Origin: Nitrospirota bacterium
Lineage (GTDB): Bacteria; Nitrospirota; Thermodesulfovibrionia; Thermodesulfovibrionales; JdFR-85
Assembly: GCA_035873375.1 (NCBI GenBank)
Contig: JAYWMQ010000006.1
Location: 65,551 to 129,550 of the forward strand
Direction: 5' to 3'
Length of the DNA: 64,000 nt
In this document: one piece after another, positions 56,820 through 64,000 of the stretch
Position numbering within the stretch: position 1 is the stretch's first letter
Layout: every line of letters starts with the position of its first letter
Position numbers and translations under genes: made by a program
Notes under the pieces: model-generated
The model's input: only the letters and a program-made list of their open reading frames with translations
Database searches by the model: none
What the model was told of the DNA's origin: nothing

Positions 56820-58559
56820 ATGAGGATGTCAGGTGCAGAAATATTAATAGAATCTCTGAAGAGGGAAGGTGTTAAACACATCTTTGGATATCCTGGCGGA
56901 GTTGTCCTGAACATATTCGACCTGCTCTATGAGAACGAGGATTTTCAGGTAATCCTGACACGCCATGAGCAGGGGGCAGTACATGCTGCTGACGGATATG
57001 CACGCTCAACAGGAAAACCCGGCGTTGCCCTTGTTACCTCAGGGCCCGGTGCAACCAATACCGTGACGGGTATAGCCACGGCATATATGGACTCAGTCCC
57101 CCTTGTTGTCCTGACAGGACAGGTTTCAACTGATTTGATTGGAAACGATGCCTTTCAGGAGGCAGATATTGTCGGAATAACAAGGCCATGCACCAAACAT
57201 AACTACCTTGTAAAGGATGTTAAAGACCTTGCCAGGACCATTAGAGAGGCTTTTTATATTGCCACCACAGGCCGTCCCGGTCCTGTACTGATAGACATTC
57301 CAAAGGATGTCACAGTAGACAAGGCCACATTTAAATGGCCTGAACAGGTAAGCCTTCGCAGCTACAACCCTACATATGAAGGCAACAAATGGATGATAAA
57401 ACAGGCAGCACGTACCATACAGAAGGCCAAAAAGGCCGTGATTATTGCCGGAGGAGGAGTAATCCTCTCCAATGCAGCCAGGGAACTGAAAGAGCTTGCC
57501 GAGTTTACACAGGTGCCGGTTACCATGACCCTTATGGGGCTTGGCGACTTCCCGGGTGCACACGATCTCTCTCTTGGTATGCCCGGTATGCACGGTACCT
57601 ACTATGCCAACAAGGCCATTCAGGAATCAGACCTGATAGTAGCAGTGGGTATCAGATTTGACGATAGAGTAACCGGAAGGGTAAAGGATTTTGCCCCTCA
57701 TGCAAAAATTATTCATATAGATATCGACCCTACATCCATAAGGAAGAATGTCCGGGTTGATATACCGATTGTCGGTGATGCAAAGAGGATACTGAAGGTT
57801 CTCCTCAATATATTAAAGGAAGAGGGCAAGACCCAATGGGAACCGGTCCGCAAGTCCTGGCTCAAACAGATAGACCTGTGGAAAAAAGAACATCCCCTCA
57901 GTTATGTGTATAGTGATACTGTCATAAAACCCCAGTATGTTGTTGAACAGTTATATGAACTGACAAAGGGCAATGCCATCATATCCACAGAGGTTGGTCA
58001 GAATCAGATGTGGGCAGCACAGTTTTATAAATACGACAAGCCCCGCACCTTATTAACCTCAGGTGGACTTGGGACAATGGGTTACGGATTCCCGGCAGCA
58101 ATGGGTGCACAGGTAGCACATCCCGGCAAGACCATAATAGATATTGCCGGAGACGGAAGCATACAGATGAATATCCAGGAACTTGCAACCTGTGTGCTTT
58201 ACAAGCTGCCTGTAAAGGTGGCGATCCTGAATAACCAGTATCTCGGGATGGTGAGGCAGTGGCAGGAGCTCTTTTATGGGGAACGTTACTCCTGCAGCCA
58301 TCTCGATACAGTACCGGACTTTGTCAAGGTTGCAGAAGGGTACGGAGCCGTGGGGCTGAGGGCTGTAAAGCCATCAGAGGTGGTACCTGTCATAAAGGCA
58401 GCCCTTAAGGTAAAAGACAAGCCTGTTTTTATGGACTTTGTTGTTGACTGGAAGGAAAAGGTATTCCCGATGGTGCCTGCCGGAGCTGCTATTGATGAGA
58501 TGATGTTTGGTGAAGAAGCTGAAGAAAAGAAGACAAAGAAGCTCCGTGCCGTTAAATAG
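56820..58559 (+). CDS. ilvB: Acetolactate synthase large subunit
   Basis: [14 protein letters not shown]...GYPGG...TSGPGATN...[15 protein letters not shown]...GDGS.QMN.QEL. Confidence 0.95.
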   Translation: MRMSGAEILIESLKREGVKHIFGYPGGVVLNIFDLLYENEDFQVILTRHEQGAVHAADGYARSTGKPGVALVTSGPGATNTVTGIATAYMDSVPLVVLTGQVSTDLIGNDAFQEADIVGITRPCTKHNYLVKDVKDLARTIREAFYIATTGRPGPVLIDIPKDVTVDKATFKWPEQVSLRSYNPTYEGNKWMIKQAARTIQKAKKAVIIAGGGVILSNAARELKELAEFTQVPVTMTLMGLGDFPGAHDLSLGMPGMHGTYYANKAIQESDLIVAVGIRFDDRVTGRVKDFAPHAKIIHIDIDPTSIRKNVRVDIPIVGDAKRILKVLLNILKEEGKTQWEPVRKSWLKQIDLWKKEHPLSYVYSDTVIKPQYVVEQLYELTKGNAIISTEVGQNQMWAAQFYKYDKPRTLLTSGGLGTMGYGFPAAMGAQVAHPGKTIIDIAGDGSIQMNIQELATCVLYKLPVKVAILNNQYLGMVRQWQELFYGERYSCSHLDTVPDFVKVAEGYGAVGLRAVKPSEVVPVIKAALKVKDKPVFMDFVVDWKEKVFPMVPAGAAIDEMMFGEEAEEKKTKKLRAVK

Positions 58560-58569
58560 GGGGTAAGAT

Positions 58570-59058
58570 ATGCGACATACAATAAGCGTACTTGTTGAAA
58601 ATAAGTTTGGTGTGCTCTCCAGGGTTTCAGGACTCTTCAGCGGACGTGGTTACAATATTGAAAGTCTTTCCGTGGATGAGACCATTGACCCTCAGCTCTC
58701 GGTGATGACCATTGTAACATCAGGCGATGATCAGATAATCGAGCAGATTACAAAACAGCTCAATAAACTGATAGACGTAATAAAGGTTGTTGACCTCACT
58801 GAAGTAGACCACGTGGAGAGGGAGATGATATTGGTAAAGATTACTCCCAAACAGCAGGACAAGGCTGAGGCACTGAGGCTCGTTGATATATTCCGCGGAC
58901 GCGTGGTTGACTCAAGTCCCAGGACATATACCTTTGAGATAACAGGAGACGAGAAGAAGATAGCAGCCTTTGTGGAGTTAATAAAGCCCTTTGGTATAAA
59001 GGAATTTGTAAGGACAGGCAAGATTGCAATGGCAAGGGAGGGTGTGAAAAAGGCCTGA
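58570..59058 (+). CDS. ilvN: Acetolactate synthase small (regulatory) subunit
   Basis: HTISVLVENKFGVLSRVSGLFSGRGYNIESLSV ACT domain. Confidence 0.95.
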   Translation: MRHTISVLVENKFGVLSRVSGLFSGRGYNIESLSVDETIDPQLSVMTIVTSGDDQIIEQITKQLNKLIDVIKVVDLTEVDHVEREMILVKITPKQQDKAEALRLVDIFRGRVVDSSPRTYTFEITGDEKKIAAFVELIKPFGIKEFVRTGKIAMAREGVKKA

Positions 59059-59414
59059 TGAGTAAATTAAGAGTCATCTTTCATGTAAATGAGACTTTAA
59101 AATGGGATGTAGCACTTGCAAATATCACAAACCTGCTGAGGGATGTGGGCGACTCCGGCGCAGAGGTTCTTGTGCTTTCAAACGGCCCTTCTGTTGAGGC
59201 GTATGCAGACGGGGAGAAGATGAAGAAAATAGAAGAACTTGCCGGACACGGGGTAAAATTTCTTGCATGCCGGAATTCACTGAAAAACCTCTGTGCCTCC
59301 GGTACCCTGTGCCTGAACGAGGAGAATCTCCCTGTATTCATCGGTGTTGTGCCTGCAGGGGTAACTGAGTTGATCAGGAGGCAGGCGGAAGGTTTTGCCT
59401 ACATAAAACCCTGA
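59058..59414 (+). CDS. DsrE/DsrF-like family protein (COG1416-like)
   Basis: 118 aa. RVIFHVNE...VLVLSNGPSV...FLACRNSL...VVPAGVTEL pattern. Confidence 0.6.
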   Translation: MSKLRVIFHVNETLKWDVALANITNLLRDVGDSGAEVLVLSNGPSVEAYADGEKMKKIEELAGHGVKFLACRNSLKNLCASGTLCLNEENLPVFIGVVPAGVTELIRRQAEGFAYIKP

Positions 59415-59415
59415 T

Positions 59416-60267
59416 ATGCTTGCAAGGGCAGCAGTCTACCTCCGGATGATAAAGTTCTCCCACTCTGTCTTTGCCCTGCCGTTTGCCTTTACTTCCGCAC
59501 TGCTTGCCGCCGGGGGAATCCCGTCGTGGAACAAAATCTTCTGGATTACAGTGGCCATGGTTGGCGGCAGGTCTGCAGCAATGGGCCTCAACAGGGTTAT
59601 TGACAGAAAGGTCGATGCCCTTAATCCAAGGACTTCCCGGCGTGAAATTCCGGCTGGCACAATAAAAACAGCTGAAGCCGTTGTCTTTATCCTTGCCTCT
59701 GTATTGATCTTCCTTTATGCTGCTTACAGGCTCAATCCCCTCTGCCTGAAACTATCCCCTGTGGCACTGGCCGTATTCGTCCTCTATCCCTACACAAAGA
59801 GATTTACATGGCTGAGTCATGTTGTGCTCGGTATAGCCATAGCAGGGGCACCTGTGGGTGCCTGGATTGCGTTAAGGGGAACATTGGATATGCAAATAAT
59901 CCCCTTGGCGCTATCGGTTGTGTTCTGGCTTGCGGGGTTTGATGTGCTCTATGCCCTTCAGGATGTGGATTTTGACAAAAAATCCGGTCTGCGCTCAATC
60001 CCGCAGAGGTTTGGCATCAAAAGGGCATTATTTCTGGCCCGGACATTTCATATACTGACGTGGATGCTTTTGCTCGTTACAGCAGTAATATTTGACCTTG
60101 GTATTGTCTTCCATGCCGGTCTCATACTGGTTGGGGTGCTCCTTGTCTACGAGCACCGCCTTGTGAAAGAGGACGACTTGAGCAGGCTGAATATGGCCTT
60201 CTTCAATATGAACGGATACATAAGTCTTACAATCCTTGTCTTTACCTTCTTCGACCTTATTATCTGA
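59416..60267 (+). CDS. UbiA-family aromatic prenyltransferase (4-hydroxybenzoate polyprenyltransferase-like)
   Basis: NRVIDRKVDALNPRT and DVLYALQDVDFD Asp-rich motifs. Multi-TM. Confidence 0.85.
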   Translation: MLARAAVYLRMIKFSHSVFALPFAFTSALLAAGGIPSWNKIFWITVAMVGGRSAAMGLNRVIDRKVDALNPRTSRREIPAGTIKTAEAVVFILASVLIFLYAAYRLNPLCLKLSPVALAVFVLYPYTKRFTWLSHVVLGIAIAGAPVGAWIALRGTLDMQIIPLALSVVFWLAGFDVLYALQDVDFDKKSGLRSIPQRFGIKRALFLARTFHILTWMLLLVTAVIFDLGIVFHAGLILVGVLLVYEHRLVKEDDLSRLNMAFFNMNGYISLTILVFTFFDLII

Positions 60268-60399
60268 GAAGAGTCTTTCACTCTTGTGTCTTCCACATGG
60301 TGTCAGAGTGACGGAAAGGGACAGGAAGATGCGAAAACTTGCCATAATGGCAGGATATCTGTGATAATATTTAGCTGGTATACTAAAGGCAGAAAGAGA

Positions 60400-61695
60400 A
60401 TGAAGAGAGTATATATACGAACTTTTGGTTGTCAGATGAATGTGCACGACTCTGAGAGGATGCTCGGGGTGCTCAGGCAGGAAGGTTATGTGCCTGTTGA
60501 TGACCCTCTGGAGGCAGACCTTATAGTATTTAACACCTGCAGCATAAGAGAGAAGGCTGAACAGAAGTTTTACAGCCTGCTCGGAAGAACCAAAACCATG
60601 AAGAGGGACAACCCGGGGTTAAAGGTGGCTGTGGCTGGTTGTATAGCACAGCAGCAGGGTGCGGGGGTTAAAGCAAGAGCCCCTTATGTGGATTACGTCA
60701 TTGGCCCACAGAACATAGACAGGGTAGGGGATGCCCTTCTTGGCAGAAAGGGCATATTTACAGGGGACAATCCCGAACTTGCCCAAAAAGATCTCCCGGT
60801 TGAACGTGATGGCTATGTCAAGGCATGGATTAATATAATGTACGGGTGCAATAATTTCTGTTCATACTGTGTTGTCCCCTATACACGCGGCAGGGAGAGG
60901 TCCAGGCCGGCAGATAACATCATGAGTGAAATCAATGGGCTTGCAGCAGAGGGTTTTAAGGAGATAACCCTTCTTGGACAGAATGTCAACTCCTACAGGG
61001 GGGAGGTGTCATTTCCTGAATTACTGCGATTCATCAACGACATAGAGGGTATAGAAAGGATACGGTTCGTTACTTCCCACCCAAAAGACCTTGAAGAGGG
61101 GCTCATCATGGCAATGAGAGACCTTAAAAAAGTATGCGAACATATACACCTGCCACTTCAGTCAGGGTCTGACAGGATATTGAAACATATGAACAGGAAA
61201 TACACCTTTGACGAGTACCTCAGAAAGACAGAGGGGCTCCGTAAGGCCATTCCGGACATAGCAATAACTACAGACATCATTGCGGGTTTTCCCGGTGAGA
61301 CAGAGGATGACCATAAAGCCACTGTATCAGCCCTGAAGGAGATAGGGTTTGACGGCATATATGCCTTCAAATATTCGTCCAGGCCAATGACAAGTGCGGC
61401 TGAGATGGACGGACATCTGCCGGATGAGGTCAAGTCTGAAAGACTTTCAGAGATACTCAGCCTTCAGGATCGGATTACAGGGGAAAGGAACAGGGCCCTC
61501 CAAAACACCATACAGGAAGTTCTTGTTGAAGGTCCGAGTGAATCCAACCCTGAAAAAATGACCGGCAGGACAAGGACCAACAAGATTGTCAATATCCTGC
61601 CCGCACACCATGCTATTCCCGGTATGCTCTTGAAGGTAAGGATATTAAAAGGGCAAAGACATTCCCTTGAGGGAGTGGCGATTGACGGTTTATGA
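60400..61695 (+). CDS. miaB: tRNA-2-methylthio-N6-dimethylallyladenosine synthase MiaB
   Basis: YIRTFGCQMNVHDSE UPF0004 domain, radical-SAM CNNFCSYC, C-terminal TRAM. Start placed at ATG 60400. Confidence 0.9.
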   Translation: MKRVYIRTFGCQMNVHDSERMLGVLRQEGYVPVDDPLEADLIVFNTCSIREKAEQKFYSLLGRTKTMKRDNPGLKVAVAGCIAQQQGAGVKARAPYVDYVIGPQNIDRVGDALLGRKGIFTGDNPELAQKDLPVERDGYVKAWINIMYGCNNFCSYCVVPYTRGRERSRPADNIMSEINGLAAEGFKEITLLGQNVNSYRGEVSFPELLRFINDIEGIERIRFVTSHPKDLEEGLIMAMRDLKKVCEHIHLPLQSGSDRILKHMNRKYTFDEYLRKTEGLRKAIPDIAITTDIIAGFPGETEDDHKATVSALKEIGFDGIYAFKYSSRPMTSAAEMDGHLPDEVKSERLSEILSLQDRITGERNRALQNTIQEVLVEGPSESNPEKMTGRTRTNKIVNILPAHHAIPGMLLKVRILKGQRHSLEGVAIDGL

Positions 61696-61756
61696 GTGAT
61701 ATATCAAGAACTCACGTTTTTTCTGACATGCAACCGTCAATCGCTAATTGTCAATT

Positions 61757-62989
61757 ATGAGAATCGCTGTACTGACCCTCGGCTGCAAAACAAATCAGGC
61801 TGAAAGCAACTATATAAAGAATGCTGCCGTAGGTTCCGGCCACTCGATTGTAACCCTCAGGGACTCACCTGATATATGTATCATAAATACCTGCACTGTA
61901 ACTGCAAAGAGTGATTACCAATCGCGTCAGATAATCAGAAGGGCCCTGAAAACAGGGGCCAGGGTGATAGTAACTGGTTGTTATTCAGAGATAAGCGCTG
62001 ATGAAATAAGTGCCATCTCTCCTGATTTAGAGGTTGTCAGCAACCAGGGGAAAATCAATGTTATCAAGATATTGGGTCTTGATGCTGAAACCATTTCTCT
62101 AAGTTACTTCCCGGATCGCTCCCGTCCCTTTGTGAAGATACAGGATGGCTGTAATTATGCATGTTCATACTGTACAATTCCGAAGGCAAGGGGCCGCTCC
62201 AGGAGCAGGCCTGTGGAGGAGATTACAGAAGAGATAAGCATGCTCGAAAGCAATGGGTTTGCCGAGGTAGTGCTTACAGGAATTCATATCGGTCATTACG
62301 GATATGACCTTGAACCTAAAGTATCACTTTCACATCTACTTGATAACATACTGACTTATACTGATAAGACGCGGATACGGCTAAGCTCTATAGAGGCTAA
62401 CGAGATAGATGACCATCTATTGGAGCTCCTCTCGGATAAAAGGGTCTGTCCACACCTGCATATACCTTTACAGAGCGGTGATGATCTTATTCTGAAACAG
62501 ATGAAAAGGCCTTACAGCAGGCAGTATTATATAGATAAAGTTCAAGAAGTACTTAAGAGATTTCCGGGGATTGCAATAGGAACGGATATTATTGTGGGTT
62601 TTCCCGGTGAAGGTGAAGCGGAGTTTCTGAATACAAACAGCCTGGTTAAAGAGCTCCCTTTTTCATATCTCCACATCTTTCCATATTCAGACAGGCCTGG
62701 AACGCTGTCAGCGGGTATGTCCGCCCAGGTAAGCCCGGAGACCAGAAAGGCACGGGCGCAGGTGCTTAAAACGATTGACATTGACAAGAGAAAGGCCTAC
62801 AGGCATGCCCAGATAGGCAGATCCCTGAATGTGATCTGTGAGAAGAGGCTCCGGAACGGCTTGTATACGGGCAAATCAGAGAATTATCTCAATGTTTACT
62901 TTGCCAATACGCACTGTCAGCACGGAAGGACTGTAAGTATCCGGGTTTCTGAAGGCTTTCAGGACGGTCTCCTCGGAATTCCCTTATAA
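61757..62989 (+). CDS. mtaB: Radical-SAM methylthiotransferase, MtaB-like
   Basis: MRIAVLTLGCKTNQAES and CNYACSYCTIP. Start placed at ATG 61757. Confidence 0.85.
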   Translation: MRIAVLTLGCKTNQAESNYIKNAAVGSGHSIVTLRDSPDICIINTCTVTAKSDYQSRQIIRRALKTGARVIVTGCYSEISADEISAISPDLEVVSNQGKINVIKILGLDAETISLSYFPDRSRPFVKIQDGCNYACSYCTIPKARGRSRSRPVEEITEEISMLESNGFAEVVLTGIHIGHYGYDLEPKVSLSHLLDNILTYTDKTRIRLSSIEANEIDDHLLELLSDKRVCPHLHIPLQSGDDLILKQMKRPYSRQYYIDKVQEVLKRFPGIAIGTDIIVGFPGEGEAEFLNTNSLVKELPFSYLHIFPYSDRPGTLSAGMSAQVSPETRKARAQVLKTIDIDKRKAYRHAQIGRSLNVICEKRLRNGLYTGKSENYLNVYFANTHCQHGRTVSIRVSEGFQDGLLGIPL

Positions 62990-63172
62990 AGAGAAACAAC
63001 ACCTTGATTTATAAGGTAATTCTGCCTGCCTAAAACTTATACAAAACCGAACATCCTTAGCATATCCCAGCATTTAGCGCTGATTTACACATGTTTAGTA
63101 ACAGGTTATCAACATGGATTGTTAATATGTAACGTCTGATAATTTATATTATGTTAAATTGCAAACAGACTC

Positions 63173-63192
63173 GAAACAGGATTCCCTGTTTT
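63173..63192 (+). terminator. Hairpin between convergent mtaB and cca
   Basis: GAAACAGG-ATTC-CCTGTTTT followed by GTTAT on the plus strand. 33 nt beyond the cca stop. Confidence 0.45.
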
Positions 63193-63224
63193 GTTATCAG
63201 TGGTTCTATCCTTGGCCGGGCCGT

Positions 63225-64000
63225 TCAGGGATGCCTGTCAAGCGTTTTCTTGCCAAAAAAACTCTTCAGATAAGCTGTTGCTTCCTTCCTGCTCCTTATC
63301 TTTCCTGTAAATTGTGCCTTTTTTACCTCGTACAGGAGCCTTCCAACTGTGGGGCCCTCACCAACACCGGTAATCTCTGCGATATCCTCACCATCAAGCA
63401 CGGGATTACCGGATATCGTGAGATACCTCATGGCCTTACCATAGAGGCCCTCCCTTCCCTGTATCATGATGACCTCCAAAATTGAATCCCCAAGCCTCTC
63501 AAAACAGTCGTATAACTCCTCATCGCTTGCATCCCTGCTGCTCAAAACTCCTTCCTGACGCATTTTAAACAGGGCTATACGTGTTTTGATCTTTTTTGAC
63601 AGCCTCAATCGTGTTGCTTCCATACCAGTCTCCTCAAGCAGGATATCGAGCAGTATCAGACCCTTAAGAGTAAGGCCCTGCGATACCTCTGCGTCCAAGC
63701 CCTCTTTAAACTCTTCAGGTGCTTCTTTAAGTTTTTGTGTTACTTCAATCAGTTTCTTCATTACATTATCCAACTTATTGTTTTCTAAAGGAATTACCTC
63801 TCTACCAAGACTGCAGTCAAATGCCTCCCTCAGTGCCCTCAGGCATGCCTTTGACTGCAGGAGCTTAAAAAACTCTAAAGTTATCCTTTCAGGGGCAGAC
63901 TGCCTGAGAAGGCCCTTATGCCTCCTTATCGCCTCCATAGTTTTGTCATCTATATGCCCGTCTATCTCACCAACAAACCTGTATGCCCTGATCAGTCGCA
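63225..64000 (-). CDS. cca: CCA-adding enzyme / poly(A) polymerase family protein, C-terminal part (gene runs off the window end)
   Basis: The frame stays open to position 64000 (..RLIRAYRFVGEIDGHIDDKTMEAI..). Contains PERITLEFFKLL and ITGVGEGPTVGRLL, typical of the tRNA nucleotidyltransferase body and C-terminus. Confidence 0.75.
   Translation of the reverse strand, partial: RLIRAYRFVGEIDGHIDDKTMEAIRRHKGLLRQSAPERITLEFFKLLQSKACLRALREAFDCSLGREVIPLENNKLDNVMKKLIEVTQKLKEAPEEFKEGLDAEVSQGLTLKGLILLDILLEETGMEATRLRLSKKIKTRIALFKMRQEGVLSSRDASDEELYDCFERLGDSILEVIMIQGREGLYGKAMRYLTISGNPVLDGEDIAEITGVGEGPTVGRLLYEVKKAQFTGKIRSRKEATAYLKSFFGKKTLDRHP

Noticed and set aside
1-64000. A search by eye for tRNA/rRNA genes, CRISPR arrays, IS elements or transposases and prophage genes.
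   Set aside because: I saw no T-arm (GGTTCGAATCC-like) context, no regularly spaced 25-40-nt direct repeats, and no transposase, integrase or phage-structural motifs. Absence cannot be proven without tRNAscan, Infernal or ISfinder-type searches.

Overview
This 64-kb chromosomal window comes from a diderm, probably anaerobic bacterium. Taxonomy cannot be fixed from the sequence alone. About 60 genes are present and nearly all can be assigned by motif. I recognised no rRNA, tRNA, CRISPR array, transposase, integrase (other than a housekeeping XerC/D type) or phage genes.

Core housekeeping blocks:
- fmdE'-rlpA-hslU-hslV-xerC-trmFO on the minus strand
- def-fmt-DUF116-osmC
- two Dpp/Opp-type ABC permease sets
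- psd-pssA-leuA-leuC
- beta and gamma subunits of a 2-oxoacid:ferredoxin oxidoreductase
- tamB-bamA-surA_N envelope operon
- aminotransferase-era-BFN-recO
- hsp20, surE/pcm, ilvBN, a UbiA-type prenyltransferase, miaB-mtaB and a partial cca

The accessory part lies at roughly 10.3-28.4 kb and contains:
1. A tandem pair of very large secreted RCC1 beta-propeller paralogs, duplicated together with their 5' regions and terminators.
2. A PAS hybrid histidine kinase.
3. A tightly packed, AT-shifted five-gene operon: AfsA-type hotdog protein, octaheme cytochrome c, extended SDR, MBL hydrolase and HAD-IB phosphatase. This is my top candidate for an undescribed system, namely a butenolide or gamma-butyrolactone-like small-molecule pathway outside actinomycetes that is physically coupled to a multiheme cytochrome.
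4. A doubly frameshifted TPR-BTAD regulator remnant.
5. hicB plus a truncated hicA.
6. A very AT-rich LtaS/sulfatase-family gene bracketed by repeats.

Several families of short-unit repeats are also present. A palindromic element built from 9-nt CRCAGAT units occurs three times, each time inside an operon spacer. There is a heptamer-based inverted repeat before osmC. A (GCGGGTT)x4 tract sits at the bamA/chaperone junction.

All functional calls rest on motif recognition by eye. No database search was run.
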